From Bacteriovoracaceae bacterium (GTDB lineage Bacteria > Bdellovibrionota > Bacteriovoracia > Bacteriovoracales > Bacteriovoracaceae), in NCBI GenBank assembly GCA_965206965.1, contig OZ242254.1:1619466-1683465 (forward strand): 64,000 nucleotides of DNA, written 5' to 3'. This document shows positions 9,886 to 19,901 of the stretch, piece by piece; positions within the stretch are counted from its first letter, which is position 1, and every line of letters begins with the position of its first letter. A program made the translations under genes and the position numbers. The notes below the pieces were generated by a model, which had not been told where the DNA came from, did no database searches, and was given only the letters and a program-made list of their open reading frames with translations.

Positions 9886-10241
9886 GGTTTTGTTTTGGAC
9901 TTACGGGGTGGACGCTTTTTATGTCGGTGACCCTTCCGAGGAGGGCGCCAATACTTTGGTTTGGGTCCCTTAGGGTCAGAAGCCAGCTTTCTTCGTGAAC
10001 GGGGTGCTCTTTTAGAATCATTTTCAGTATCGTGTTGATTTTCTTTGTCAGAAGCTAGAGAGCGTTCTCTGGCAGGCTTTTCTTGGATTTTGTATTCGGT
10101 TTCATCGAGTTGAGAAGCACTTTTTACAACCGGTTTAAGGCGGAGATTGCGCTTGAGCTTTATTTTGGGTGCTTTGTACTCTTCTGCTTGTATACTTGTC
10201 ATAGTCATAAATAGAGCTAAGGCAAAATTGATTATGAGCAT
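9882..10241 (-). CDS. hypothetical exported, highly basic protein (119 aa)
   Basis: Signal-like N-terminus MLIINFALALFMTMTSIQA and a Lys/Arg/Pro-rich C-terminus. It is convergent with rlmN and overlaps it by 4 nt. Confidence 0.5.
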   Translation of the reverse strand: MLIINFALALFMTMTSIQAEEYKAPKIKLKRNLRLKPVVKSASQLDETEYKIQEKPARERSLASDKENQHDTENDSKRAPRSRRKLASDPKGPKPKYWRPPRKGHRHKKRPPRKSKTKP

Positions 10242-10430
10242 TTCTTGTTCCTTTTTCTGGCAGGAAAGTTATTATCTCTCTGCCCTTATTTATTTTCGGA
10301 TTATTTTGAATTGACTTTAATATTTGACCTTTGAAGTTGGTTAAAGGGACCCATTGTGTTTACGTTAACTCTAGATTTTGGGAATATATTAGGAACGTTT
10401 AATTAGGGTTAGAGAACTCGGGGAGCTAGC

Positions 10431-11396
10431 TTGACTGAAAGGAAAGATCGCGCTGTTGTTGGAATTTTATTGCTTGTTTTTGTCTTCTTTATTGTTTTGA
10501 TGATTTTTGCCTCTTATACCATGAGTTTGTTTCATCAGGGTCAGGGCGATGGTGGAGGAATCAGTCGGTTTGCTTCAAAGAGGAAGGGCAGTGTCGCCGT
10601 TGTCGAAGTTAAAGGTGTGATTATGGAAGCCAAAAGTACCATTGAACTTCTACAAAAGGCAGAGGAAGACAAAGTGACAAAAGCGATTTTAGTTCGCATT
10701 AACTCCCCTGGTGGTGCTGTTGGGCCAACCCAGGAAATTTATGATGAAATCCGCCGCATTGAGGGTGAGTATAAATCTTCAGAGGGAAAAAGTGGGAAGC
10801 CAGTTTATGCTTCTTTTGGCAGTGTTGCTGCTAGTGGTGGTTATTATATTGGGGCAGCAACTCGTAAAATTTTTTCTAATCCAGGGACAATTACAGGTTC
10901 TATTGGCGTCATTATGGAATTTGTCGATTTAAGTGAGCTTTTTAAATGGTTGAAAATGAACCCTCAAAAAGTAAAAGCTGGTCGTTATAAAGATATGGGA
11001 AATCCTGGTCGCGCTATGACCGCTGAGGAGAGGTCCATGCTTGGGGGTATGGTGGAAGGTGTTCGCCAACAATTTGTTAAGCATATTGTGGCGGTAAGGG
11101 GTCAGCGAATTAAGGGAAATATTCAAGAGATCTCTCAAGGTCAAATTTTTTCAGGAGAGCAAGCTATGGCGCTAGGTCTTGTCGATGAATTAGGTGGGCT
11201 TTATATGGCTGGACGTAAAATACATAAAGAGCTTGGTTTCGAAGGGGAATTTGGTTTGAAGTTTATTAAGAAACGGAAAAAAACTAATTTTTTTGAAATT
11301 ATTGAGAGCTTGGAAGAAGCCATAACTCGCTTAACAGATTTAGAATCGATGAAAGGTATTTTTTCAGGGAAAACCCCCATTTTAATGTTTAAATAA
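10431..11396 (+). CDS. sppA: signal peptide peptidase SppA (36K type, S49 family)
   Basis: N-terminal TM segment, then the S49 motifs RINSPGGAVG and GSVAASGGYYI. TTG start preceded by GGGGAG. Confidence 0.85.
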   Translation: MTERKDRAVVGILLLVFVFFIVLMIFASYTMSLFHQGQGDGGGISRFASKRKGSVAVVEVKGVIMEAKSTIELLQKAEEDKVTKAILVRINSPGGAVGPTQEIYDEIRRIEGEYKSSEGKSGKPVYASFGSVAASGGYYIGAATRKIFSNPGTITGSIGVIMEFVDLSELFKWLKMNPQKVKAGRYKDMGNPGRAMTAEERSMLGGMVEGVRQQFVKHIVAVRGQRIKGNIQEISQGQIFSGEQAMALGLVDELGGLYMAGRKIHKELGFEGEFGLKFIKKRKKTNFFEIIESLEEAITRLTDLESMKGIFSGKTPILMFK

Positions 11397-11408
11397 TAAG
11401 GGGATTTT

Positions 11409-12638
11409 TTGGAAATTTATACAATTTGGTTTCAAGACCATTTACTGGCTATTGTAGCGGTTGGTCTTACGATGATTCTCATCTATCACTATCTTATTGA
11501 AAGAGATACAGGGGTTAAACTCTCAAAGCGTTACCGCAATTCTATTTTTGAAGCCCAATCAAAAGTTTTTTTAAATGCTACTCAATATTTGATTTCTGGA
11601 AATAAGGACTTGGCGATTAAGGAGTTCTTAAATGCTGTTGATATTAATCGAGAAACAATCGATACTTATTTTGCTTTAGGTGGGCTATTTCGTAGTAATG
11701 GGGAGATTGAAAAAGCTATTTCTATTCATCGATCTTTAATCGCTCGTGAAGATATATCTGAGCCGGATCGTTTACGTGCTTTGAAGGAACTTGCGGTTGA
11801 CTTTGATAAAGGTGGCTTTATTGATAAGGCTATTGATACCTATAAGGATGTTCTTAAGATCAATCGAGATCAGTACGAAGTGCTCCAGTCTTTGTGTCGT
11901 ATCTGCGAAGATACTGAAGATTGGGATCAAGCCTATAATTATCGAGTTATGCTTTCTAAAGTTAGCCATGAAAATCAAGCTGAAACGATTTCCCATATTT
12001 TAGTTCAGAAGGCTAAATTACTTTTTAAAAAAGGTGACTTTGCAGATTGTCGAGAGGATCTTGAAGATGCTTTTCGTTTTGCTCCCTCTGTTTCGGCAAA
12101 AATCCTCAGGTTAAGATTGCTTTTGGGGTCGGGGCAAATGGAGGAATCCAAGCAACTTCTTGTTGAACTCCTCAAAGAGCATCCAATGTACACGTCTTTT
12201 GCCTTTGAGTCTCTTGAGGAGGGCTTTGAAGGGCAGGAGGAGGGTCATCAGCATTTTAAAATGAGATGCCAATTGCTTAAGGATTTCTTTTTAAAGATGA
12301 ATGATAGCGAGTTGCTATCTTTTCCTTCCGTTATTTTGACTAAAGTAAGGCTGTTGAAGCAGGGAGGAAAGAGACAAGAAGCTTTAAAAACAATGAATGA
12401 GTTTATGGCCGTTAATCTTAACCCTAGTGAAGTGATGAAGGCAGAGTATATCAAACTTCTTATTCAAGAGGGTGAGATTGAAGATGGTGTCAAGCATACT
12501 CAGGAGTTATTGAACAATCTACACCAGAGTTTGACAAAACATTTTTGTAATAATTGTGGATATAATTCAGACAAAATTTTCTGGCGTTGCCCCCAATGCT
12601 ATGAATGGGAGACAATTGAGTTCAGATGGAAAGTTTAA
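11409..12638 (+). CDS. lapB: LapB/YciM-like LPS assembly regulator (TM + TPR + rubredoxin-type zinc finger)
   Basis: N-terminal TM helix, TPR-like repeats and a C-terminal CNNCGYNSDKIFWRCPQCYEWETI motif (CxxC...CxxC), as in LapB. Confidence 0.8.
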   Translation: MEIYTIWFQDHLLAIVAVGLTMILIYHYLIERDTGVKLSKRYRNSIFEAQSKVFLNATQYLISGNKDLAIKEFLNAVDINRETIDTYFALGGLFRSNGEIEKAISIHRSLIAREDISEPDRLRALKELAVDFDKGGFIDKAIDTYKDVLKINRDQYEVLQSLCRICEDTEDWDQAYNYRVMLSKVSHENQAETISHILVQKAKLLFKKGDFADCREDLEDAFRFAPSVSAKILRLRLLLGSGQMEESKQLLVELLKEHPMYTSFAFESLEEGFEGQEEGHQHFKMRCQLLKDFFLKMNDSELLSFPSVILTKVRLLKQGGKRQEALKTMNEFMAVNLNPSEVMKAEYIKLLIQEGEIEDGVKHTQELLNNLHQSLTKHFCNNCGYNSDKIFWRCPQCYEWETIEFRWKV

Positions 12639-13069
12639 TAAAGAGATTTTTGTATATTCTTGCTTTTGGGATAACAGCTTTTAATTTAGAGGCTGCTCCT
12701 GCGGGTTTTAAGAAAAGGCTTCTCCATGTGGCTTATTACAAAAATATATTTGGCCACATTCATAAAAATCCATCTCGTTACTCACAGTCTCTATCAACCA
12801 TTGAATGTGGCCATCCTGTCAAAATTTATGTCCTTGTTAATTTGCAAAATAAGTCAAAACAAGAGTTATTTGAAGGAAGGTTTCATTATGTAAAGGTAGG
12901 TCCTTATGAGGGCTATATAGATAAGTCTTATCTCACTTTAAAAAGAGGAGATTGTTTTCAGGATAGGTTTCCAAGGTTTTTTGACCATTTAGAATTAGAA
13001 TTAACAGACATGTACTATTGGGGAAAGCTCTATGATCAATATGTATATGGAAAATCGAGGGTTCAATGA
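12626..13069 (+). CDS. hypothetical exported protein (147 aa)
   Basis: Signal-like N-terminus. Overlaps the lapB stop by 13 nt and the next gene by 4 nt, consistent with an operon. Confidence 0.55.
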   Translation: MESLIKRFLYILAFGITAFNLEAAPAGFKKRLLHVAYYKNIFGHIHKNPSRYSQSLSTIECGHPVKIYVLVNLQNKSKQELFEGRFHYVKVGPYEGYIDKSYLTLKRGDCFQDRFPRFFDHLELELTDMYYWGKLYDQYVYGKSRVQ

Positions 13070-13938
13070 AGTTCTCGTTTATTTTTGTGATACTTGGTTT
13101 TTCTATTGCAGCTAGTAGCTCAAATAGGCTCAGCGATCGCGAAGAATTTGTAGATTTTAAAAATATTCAACAAGTTTTGAAAAATGACAGGCTTGATGTT
13201 GAAGTTAAGAAAGAGAAATCTAAAAGAGAAAAGAAAAAGAGAAAAAAGTTGCGAAGGCAAATTCGAAAATATCAAATTCCACGAGAGCAAGAATTTTGGA
13301 CTTTTTTTTCTGAGTACTGGATGGTGAAAAATGCAACTATTTTAAAATGGGATTTCAAGAAGCCTGACTATGGAGTAGAGTCTGCTTTTCGTATCTTTCT
13401 TGAAACTCTAGGCATTTATGAGAAAAGATTTAAAATTCTTTTTACAAATACTCCAGACATAACTCATTTTGCTTTGCCTTCCGATAATGGTGAAACTATT
13501 TTTTTACTTTCTATTCCTTTTATTAGAACTCTAGATTTATCAAAATTAGAAATATCTCTTCTCCTTTTGGAGGATTTTTTGAGGGCGAAGCAGGGCTATT
13601 TTAAAAACTTTGTTAGAAGCGCTAAACTAGACAAGTTTTTAGGCGGGAATTTCTTTGGGAAGAAATTAGAAAAAAATTTTTTAAAGAAAACTTCTGAAAA
13701 ATATGATCAAATAATTTTTGATAGAGGATTCAATTTTCAACAGCAATTTGAGGTAACAACTAAGATGAATTCTATACTTAAATCCGATCCTAAGTTATGG
13801 AATGCTTACTATCAAATGATCGGTAAAATCGATAATTTAGTTAAATCAAATATTCTTTATAAAAAATACCTTAAAATTTACCCTTCTCCAGAGTTGCAAC
13901 TTAGTTGGTTGAAGCCTAAAAAGGGAAAAATTCTTTAA
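13066..13938 (+). CDS. hypothetical exported protein (290 aa) with a Lys-rich segment
   Basis: Signal peptide MKFSFIFVILGFSIAASSS, then KKEKSKREKKKRKKLRRQIRK. No catalytic motif recognised. Confidence 0.6.
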   Translation: MKFSFIFVILGFSIAASSSNRLSDREEFVDFKNIQQVLKNDRLDVEVKKEKSKREKKKRKKLRRQIRKYQIPREQEFWTFFSEYWMVKNATILKWDFKKPDYGVESAFRIFLETLGIYEKRFKILFTNTPDITHFALPSDNGETIFLLSIPFIRTLDLSKLEISLLLLEDFLRAKQGYFKNFVRSAKLDKFLGGNFFGKKLEKNFLKKTSEKYDQIIFDRGFNFQQQFEVTTKMNSILKSDPKLWNAYYQMIGKIDNLVKSNILYKKYLKIYPSPELQLSWLKPKKGKIL

Positions 13939-13942
13939 GCTT

Positions 13943-14758
13943 ATGAGAACAGATAAAAAACCAAATAAAATTGAAAGGCACTTTCTTTATTTTACTAGTT
14001 ATCAAGCCCTGAATTTGATTAATTATATTGTGCTTGTTTCGATGGCTGCTTTTTTCCATTTTTTACTAGATCATCGACTTTCAGATATCGAAGATTGGGT
14101 TTTTGATAAGAGTTGGGAGATCCTCGGTATTGGAAGAATTGTATCTGTGTATTTTGTGTTTAAGTTTTTGAGTGTTAGGTTTGAAGAACGAGCACCTTTT
14201 CGAAAAATATTATCTCAATTTAAAAGACGTCCTCGTATTGAAGTTTTATCTTCTATATTTTTTCTTTTTGCAGCCCTGCTTATCTTAGGGCAGCCAGAAG
14301 GAGGGGGGCGTAATCCTGCTAGCTTTTCAAAAACAATAACTTCTTATTTTGGTTCTTCGATGATGATATTAAGTGATTGCTTGATTATTCTTATTTTGAA
14401 TCTTGTTTACCCTTTAAAAGAAAAGATGTGGCGATTGACCACTATTGCGTTAGCGTTGCTGTCAACACTAATAACTGTAATCCTCTTTCAATCCGTTTTT
14501 ATTGATGCTTTTTTTCTTTTTTTTGGAATGATTATGGCCTATCTATTATTGAAGTATGATGGAGAATTCAGCTATGTTCACTCTTTAGTGTTCTGTCTAA
14601 CATTCTTTTCTCCTATGGTTTCATTATTTGGGCTCGATCCCTTATGGAGAAAGGCGTACTCTTTTTTACCGATGAGCCAAGCGATTGAGAGTTTGCCATT
14701 GTCTATTCTTGGTTTGGTTGTTTTGATCTATTTGACTTTAAAAAGAAAGCTTATCTAA
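13943..14758 (+). CDS. hypothetical polytopic membrane protein (271 aa)
   Basis: Six or more hydrophobic helices. No motif recognised. Confidence 0.6.
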   Translation: MRTDKKPNKIERHFLYFTSYQALNLINYIVLVSMAAFFHFLLDHRLSDIEDWVFDKSWEILGIGRIVSVYFVFKFLSVRFEERAPFRKILSQFKRRPRIEVLSSIFFLFAALLILGQPEGGGRNPASFSKTITSYFGSSMMILSDCLIILILNLVYPLKEKMWRLTTIALALLSTLITVILFQSVFIDAFFLFFGMIMAYLLLKYDGEFSYVHSLVFCLTFFSPMVSLFGLDPLWRKAYSFLPMSQAIESLPLSILGLVVLIYLTLKRKLI

Positions 14759-14841
14759 ATAGGTCATACTGTGGTGATTGAAATTTTGAAGATAGGCTTT
14801 GTAAAGAGTTTTTAAAATACAATTTAAATGGAGGTAAAGAT

Positions 14842-15537
14842 ATGGCTACTGGTGAATTAGATCTCCTAAAAATAATTTGGGAATCTGGATATGTCGTTAA
14901 AGGGGTTCTCTTAATGCTTATTGCAGCTTCTATAGCTTCTTGGGCAATTGTTTTTTTTAAGAGAAAGTCGCTACTTGTACTTGAGGAAAGTAATCAAATG
15001 TTTTGGGATGTCTATCTCAATGCTGAAGATTTAGATGAAGTGTTTGAGCGTTCTGAATGCCTTCCTTTTTCTCCCTATAAAGCTGTTTTTGATATGGGGT
15101 ACCGTGAATTGGTAAAAGTTCGGGAGACAATGGGGGGAAGGGATAAAAGAATTAAAATGAGGGAGCATTTTAAGGAATTTGGTCTTGGTGTGATTGAAAG
15201 GGCCATGAAGCGAGGGATAAATCGCTCTAATGAAGAGATGGAGAAGTCGTTATCAATTTTAGCTTCTATTGGCTCTGTATCACCATTTGTTGGGCTTTTT
15301 GGAACAGTTTGGGGAATTATTGACTCCTTTACAGCACTTTCAGGAGGCGGTGGGACCTTAGAGGCCGTTGCCCCAGGAATTGCCGAAGCGCTAGTGGCTA
15401 CAGCAGTGGGGTTAGCAGCGGCTATTCCTGCCGTTTGGTTTTTTAACTATTTTAATGATCTTATTGGGAGTATGAACTTAAAGCTTGATTCTTTTGAGCA
15501 GGAGTTTCTTAATACTATTGAAAGGAGTGTGGCTTAG
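14842..15537 (+). CDS. tolQ: Tol-Pal system protein TolQ (MotA/TolQ/ExbB proton channel)
   Basis: Motif SPFVGLFGTVWGIIDSF, three TM segments, and context directly upstream of tolR, tolA and tolB. Confidence 0.85.
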   Translation: MATGELDLLKIIWESGYVVKGVLLMLIAASIASWAIVFFKRKSLLVLEESNQMFWDVYLNAEDLDEVFERSECLPFSPYKAVFDMGYRELVKVRETMGGRDKRIKMREHFKEFGLGVIERAMKRGINRSNEEMEKSLSILASIGSVSPFVGLFGTVWGIIDSFTALSGGGGTLEAVAPGIAEALVATAVGLAAAIPAVWFFNYFNDLIGSMNLKLDSFEQEFLNTIERSVA

Positions 15538-15619
15538 ACTGCAGTTTTGTTTTTGAGATAAAGAGATTGTGACCTTTATCAATGTTGATGTGTTTTGATG
15601 AAGGCAGGGAGGAAGAGGA

Positions 15620-16045
15620 ATGGGAATGTCTGGATCCCCTCAGAAAGGCAAGAAAAACTCAATTAGCGAGATTAATGTAACTCCTTTAGTTGATGTGATG
15701 CTGGTGCTTTTAGTTATATTTATGATTACAGCACCTCTAATGCTCAATGGGATTAAGCTTGAGCTTCCTAAGACAAAAGAAGTCAATCCGATGAGTTTGA
15801 CGACCAAGCAAGTTGTTTTGAGTATGACTCTCTCAGGTGAGCTTTTTTTGGGGAAGGCTAAAGTTTTAAAGAAAGAGGTTGTTGCTTTGGTTAAACAAAA
15901 GTTTAAATCTCAAAATACTGATACGCTTTATTTGAGAGCTGATTATGGTTTAAAGTACGGTAGAGTTGCTCGCATTATGTCTTTTCTCAAGAGAGGAGGA
16001 ATTCAAAAAATTGCTCTTGTGACTCAGATAGAGGGGAAGAGATAG
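15620..16045 (+). CDS. tolR: Tol-Pal system protein TolR (ExbD/TolR family)
   Basis: Motif EINVTPLVDVMLVLLVIFMITAP, typical of ExbD/TolR, plus context. Confidence 0.85.
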   Translation: MGMSGSPQKGKKNSISEINVTPLVDVMLVLLVIFMITAPLMLNGIKLELPKTKEVNPMSLTTKQVVLSMTLSGELFLGKAKVLKKEVVALVKQKFKSQNTDTLYLRADYGLKYGRVARIMSFLKRGGIQKIALVTQIEGKR

Positions 16046-16047
16046 GA

Positions 16048-16821
16048 ATGGAGACTGGTTTTAGAATCAGACCGTTAACAAGCTATCTAAAGAGATCTTT
16101 TGGTGTTCACCTTTCTTTAATATTCTTAATGGCTTTTTGGTCTTTTTTTTGGGGAAGGCATTTAATAAAAAGAAAGGCTTATAATCTCAACTTGATAAAG
16201 GCTTCTGTTAAGGTTGATGTGGTGGCGATGCCTAAGCTGACCTTTCGAGAGCTCAGGACTTTAGAGAAGTCCGTAGGAACACCTCAGGGTGAAAGGGCTA
16301 GGCAAGAAGTTCTCAATGAAGCCGCAAAGGCAGGAACTTTTATAAAAACAAAAAAGAAGTTAAGTTTTCAAGAAATGATGAAGAGAATGGCACGAAAAAA
16401 GACAAAAGGTGAGTTGGGGGATAAAAGTAGTGGTAAGATATTATCCCGAGCAGCACAGAAAAAGTTACGCAATCTTGTTCTTGCTGGAAATAAAGTGAGT
16501 GAGGGAACGAATTTCACTGGAACTGTTAGTGATAAGGCAACAAAAGGTCTTGCTATTTATATGAGTTCGCTCCCCGAAAAGGTTCGACCTCATTGGAGAC
16601 TTCCTAGTTTTTTGAAGGAAAAGGGTTTGCGTTGCAGGATTAGAGTTTTTTTGGATCCTCGTGGAAATCTAATTAAGACTCAAATAATAGAGAGAAGCGG
16701 AGAACCTGAATATGATAAAAGAGCACTTGAAGCTATTAAAGCAACTAAATTCCCTCCTCTCGATTTAGCTTACCAAAGTGAGGGTTCAAGAGGGGCAATT
16801 GTTCTTGGTTTTCCTCTTTAA
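16048..16821 (+). CDS. tolA: TolA-like protein (TM anchor, Lys-rich linker, TonB/TolA C-terminal domain)
   Basis: N-terminal TM segment, a charged linker and a C-terminal RIRVFLDPRGNLIKTQIIERSGEPEYDKRALEAIKATKFPPL. It sits between tolR and tolB. Confidence 0.7.
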   Translation: METGFRIRPLTSYLKRSFGVHLSLIFLMAFWSFFWGRHLIKRKAYNLNLIKASVKVDVVAMPKLTFRELRTLEKSVGTPQGERARQEVLNEAAKAGTFIKTKKKLSFQEMMKRMARKKTKGELGDKSSGKILSRAAQKKLRNLVLAGNKVSEGTNFTGTVSDKATKGLAIYMSSLPEKVRPHWRLPSFLKEKGLRCRIRVFLDPRGNLIKTQIIERSGEPEYDKRALEAIKATKFPPLDLAYQSEGSRGAIVLGFPL

Positions 16822-16879
16822 ATAAATTGAAGGAGCTGTGTTGGCTAAATGCCATAAGCACTTACTAAAGGATGAGAAA

Positions 16880-18205
16880 ATGAGGGCCTTATTTATCTTT
16901 ATTTTTACATTTATGGGATCAGCTTTTCTTACTTTAAGTTCAAGCGTTGATGAATCTAATATTGTTGCAGTAGGTGAAGCTGAATTAGAGAAGGATAAAA
17001 TAACTTTTTTAGCTTATGATGTGCCCAAGGGCTTGAGTATTAAAAGACAAGCTCTCATTAATGAATTTCACTCCATTTTGTTCAATGACTTTTCATTTTA
17101 TCGAAAGCGCTTTGAGGTTATTAAGACAAAGAGGCTGGGGAGGAGCTTCGGTTCTCCTAATATGGCTTATTGGGAGGGAAGGGTTCGCTATTTAGGTCAG
17201 ATGCGCTATACCAAAGAGAGTTATGAGGCCAAGGTTTACGATATGAAATCTCAAACTATTATTGCGAGTTTATCGGGAAGCCTTAGGAAGAAAGATATTC
17301 GTTTTGCTGCTCATGAATTAACACATAATGTCTATAAAGAAATAACGGAGAAAGATTCGATTTTCTTAAGCAAAATTATCTTTGTTAGCGATCGCCACGG
17401 TAGTAGAAAAAATCCAGTCAAAGAGCTATATATTATGGACTTTGATGGAAAGAATGCTAGGCGATTAACCTATCACCGCGGAACGGTGATTTCTCCAGCC
17501 TTTAGCCTTGATGGTAAAAAGGTTCTTTATAGTTTAATTCGCAGTGATAGGAAAAAGAGGAATGTGAACTTGCGAATTTTAAATATAAAAAGCGGAAAAA
17601 CAAAGCTGATCTCTAAAAGATCTGGAATCAATTCAGGGGCTGTTTTTATGCCTGATGGAAAACATATTATGCTGACCTTAAGTCATCAGGGTAATGCAGA
17701 ACTTTATCAAATGAACTTGAGAACAAGAAAGCACAGAAGGGTTACCAAACATTATGCACCAGATGTCGATCCCTCTATTAGTGTGGCTGGTAATAAAATG
17801 GCTTTTCTTTCTGGTCGTTCGGGAAGGCCGATGATTTATACGATGGATCCGCGACAGCTAGAAAAAGATGTGAAAAGGGTGAGCTTTGTAGGTCAGTTCA
17901 ATGCGACCCCTCGATTTACTCCAGATGGCCAACAGATTGCCTTTTCTAGTTGGTTAGACAATCGTTTTGATATTTTTAGAATTGATGCCGATGGAAGTAA
18001 CCTGTATCGGCTGACTAAAGATTTTGGCTCTAATGAAGACCCAACCTATTCAAATGATGGTCAGTTTATTGCTTTTTCGAGTCAGAGAGTTCTCTCTAAA
18101 AGCAAGGCCGTCCAAAATATTTACATTATGACGTCCGAGGGGGAAGTTTTGGGTAAGCTTACCAATGGGATTGGGAACTGTATAACTCCTAGATGGTCTA
18201 AGTAG
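16880..18205 (+). CDS. tolB: TolB periplasmic beta-propeller protein
   Basis: Repeated PD40-type blades (SPAFSLDGKKVLY, FMPDGKHIML, PRFTPDGQQIAFSS, PTYSNDGQFIAFSS). The track start (GTG 16838) sits only 2 nt after AGGAG; the ATG at 16880 gives a clean signal peptide MRALFIFIFTFMGSAFL. Confidence 0.85.
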   Translation: MRALFIFIFTFMGSAFLTLSSSVDESNIVAVGEAELEKDKITFLAYDVPKGLSIKRQALINEFHSILFNDFSFYRKRFEVIKTKRLGRSFGSPNMAYWEGRVRYLGQMRYTKESYEAKVYDMKSQTIIASLSGSLRKKDIRFAAHELTHNVYKEITEKDSIFLSKIIFVSDRHGSRKNPVKELYIMDFDGKNARRLTYHRGTVISPAFSLDGKKVLYSLIRSDRKKRNVNLRILNIKSGKTKLISKRSGINSGAVFMPDGKHIMLTLSHQGNAELYQMNLRTRKHRRVTKHYAPDVDPSISVAGNKMAFLSGRSGRPMIYTMDPRQLEKDVKRVSFVGQFNATPRFTPDGQQIAFSSWLDNRFDIFRIDADGSNLYRLTKDFGSNEDPTYSNDGQFIAFSSQRVLSKSKAVQNIYIMTSEGEVLGKLTNGIGNCITPRWSK

Positions 18206-18353
18206 CTGTAATTAAATGATTAACTGCTAGTTTTTTCAACAACCAACCATTTTGGTCTTGTAAATTATTTAGACGCAGTGTATTATTGTGTTGGATTGCG
18301 TAAAGAAAAAACTCTTTTCTATTAAGCCTTTTTGCCTAGGAGTTAAACAAATC

Positions 18354-19901
18354 ATGGAAACAGTGGCTAAAAATCTATCGGATCTTAAAAACCTTTCGTC
18401 CATTCTTTTGTCATCATTAGATGAAACGGTGTTTTTTCCCCAGTTGGGAAAGTTCTTATCTAAAGTTTTACCTGCAGATCGAATATTGATCTACTTGGTG
18501 AGGGACAATGGTTCTGTTTGCTTGCTTTCTAAGGCAGGGAAATATCGTAAAAGAGAAGTGATCTTAGAAAAAGGTGAAGGGCCTGCCGGACATGTTATTC
18601 GCACCCGTAAGCCTTATTTTTGTAATAATACTGAACGGGATCCTTTGTTCAGTCGCGCTCGAGAAGAAGGAGTTCATGCAGAACTGGCTATGCCCATTGC
18701 TCACGAGGGTATTGTTATTGCTACAATTCATTTTCAATGTACGAAAAGTAAGCATGAGTTTTCTCGAGAAGATATTACTAAAGTTATGGAAATTTTAAGC
18801 GAAATTAAAACACCTTTAGCCAATATGAAGATGTATCTTGCTGCTAAGAACCTAAACTCTTCTTTATTAAAGAGAGTTGAGGAAAAAGAGCGAGAGCTTC
18901 AGAAGAAGAGTAGCGGAATTAATATTGCTGATAATTATAAGATTAAAGAAAAAGAAATTGTCGGCAAATCAGAAGCCATGAAACAGATTCTTAGAATTGC
19001 CGATAAAGTGGCTATGGCGGATGTCAATTGTTTGGTGATAGGAGAAAAAGGTGTTGGAAAAGAGATGATCGCTCGTCGCATTCATTGCCGCAGTTCTCGT
19101 CGCCAAAAAGCTTTCATTAGTATTGATTGTTCTGCCTTCGATGATAAAGCTTTAGAAGCTGAAATCTTTGGTGAAGAATCAGGCAATTTTAAGGAGGAAA
19201 ATATTAAAAATGGCCTTCTTGAAATAGCTAATGGAGGAACACTATTCCTTAATAATGTAGATCGTTTGAATTTGGCTTTACAGTCAAAACTTAATACTTA
19301 TCTTAGTGAGAAAATGACCTTTCGTTTAGGTGGCTATAAACCTTATCGTGCTGATGTGAGGATTATGGTCGCTTCTAATTTAGATTTGAGCATTCTTTCT
19401 TCAAATGGTAAGTTTCGCGAGGATCTGCTTTTTTCTCTCAATACAATGATTTTACGTGTTCCTTCTTTAAGAGAAAGGTTAGAAGATATCGAGACTTTAG
19501 CGACTTACTTTCTTAATATGGGTCGCTCAGTAGAGGAACAAAAATCTCTATCTCCAGGTGTTATTAAGGCTTTAAATGAATACAATTGGCCGGGTAATGT
19601 AAGAGAACTTCAGAGCACTATAGAGAGAGCTTATATCCTTTCTGATGGAATGATTGTTGAAAGGGATCATATTGCTGACCATATTGTCGAAGTAAGAGAG
19701 GAAGAAATTGTAAGTGAGGAGCCCTGCACTCAGTTTTCCGAACTTACTCTAGATGAACTTGAAAAGCGTCATATTTGCATGGCCCTTGAATATCTGGGCG
19801 GAAATAAAACGAAAACGGCTAAGATGTTAGGGATAACGGTAAAGACTCTTTACAATAAACTTCATAGCTATGGCATGATTGGAAACAAAGAGGCTCTATA
19901 A
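18354..19901 (+). CDS. GAF - AAA+ (sigma-54 activator family) - Fis-type HTH regulator with degenerate Walker B and GAFTGA motifs
   Basis: Walker A GEKGVGKE, arginine-finger region FREDLLFSLN and PSLRERLEDI, WPGNVREL, and a C-terminal HTH (NKTKTAKMLGITVKTLYNKL). The usual GAFTGA reads GNFKEE and the usual TLFLDEI reads TLFLNNV. The track start is GTG at 18288; the ATG at 18354 follows AGGAG. Confidence 0.85.
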   Translation: METVAKNLSDLKNLSSILLSSLDETVFFPQLGKFLSKVLPADRILIYLVRDNGSVCLLSKAGKYRKREVILEKGEGPAGHVIRTRKPYFCNNTERDPLFSRAREEGVHAELAMPIAHEGIVIATIHFQCTKSKHEFSREDITKVMEILSEIKTPLANMKMYLAAKNLNSSLLKRVEEKERELQKKSSGINIADNYKIKEKEIVGKSEAMKQILRIADKVAMADVNCLVIGEKGVGKEMIARRIHCRSSRRQKAFISIDCSAFDDKALEAEIFGEESGNFKEENIKNGLLEIANGGTLFLNNVDRLNLALQSKLNTYLSEKMTFRLGGYKPYRADVRIMVASNLDLSILSSNGKFREDLLFSLNTMILRVPSLRERLEDIETLATYFLNMGRSVEEQKSLSPGVIKALNEYNWPGNVRELQSTIERAYILSDGMIVERDHIADHIVEVREEEIVSEEPCTQFSELTLDELEKRHICMALEYLGGNKTKTAKMLGITVKTLYNKLHSYGMIGNKEAL

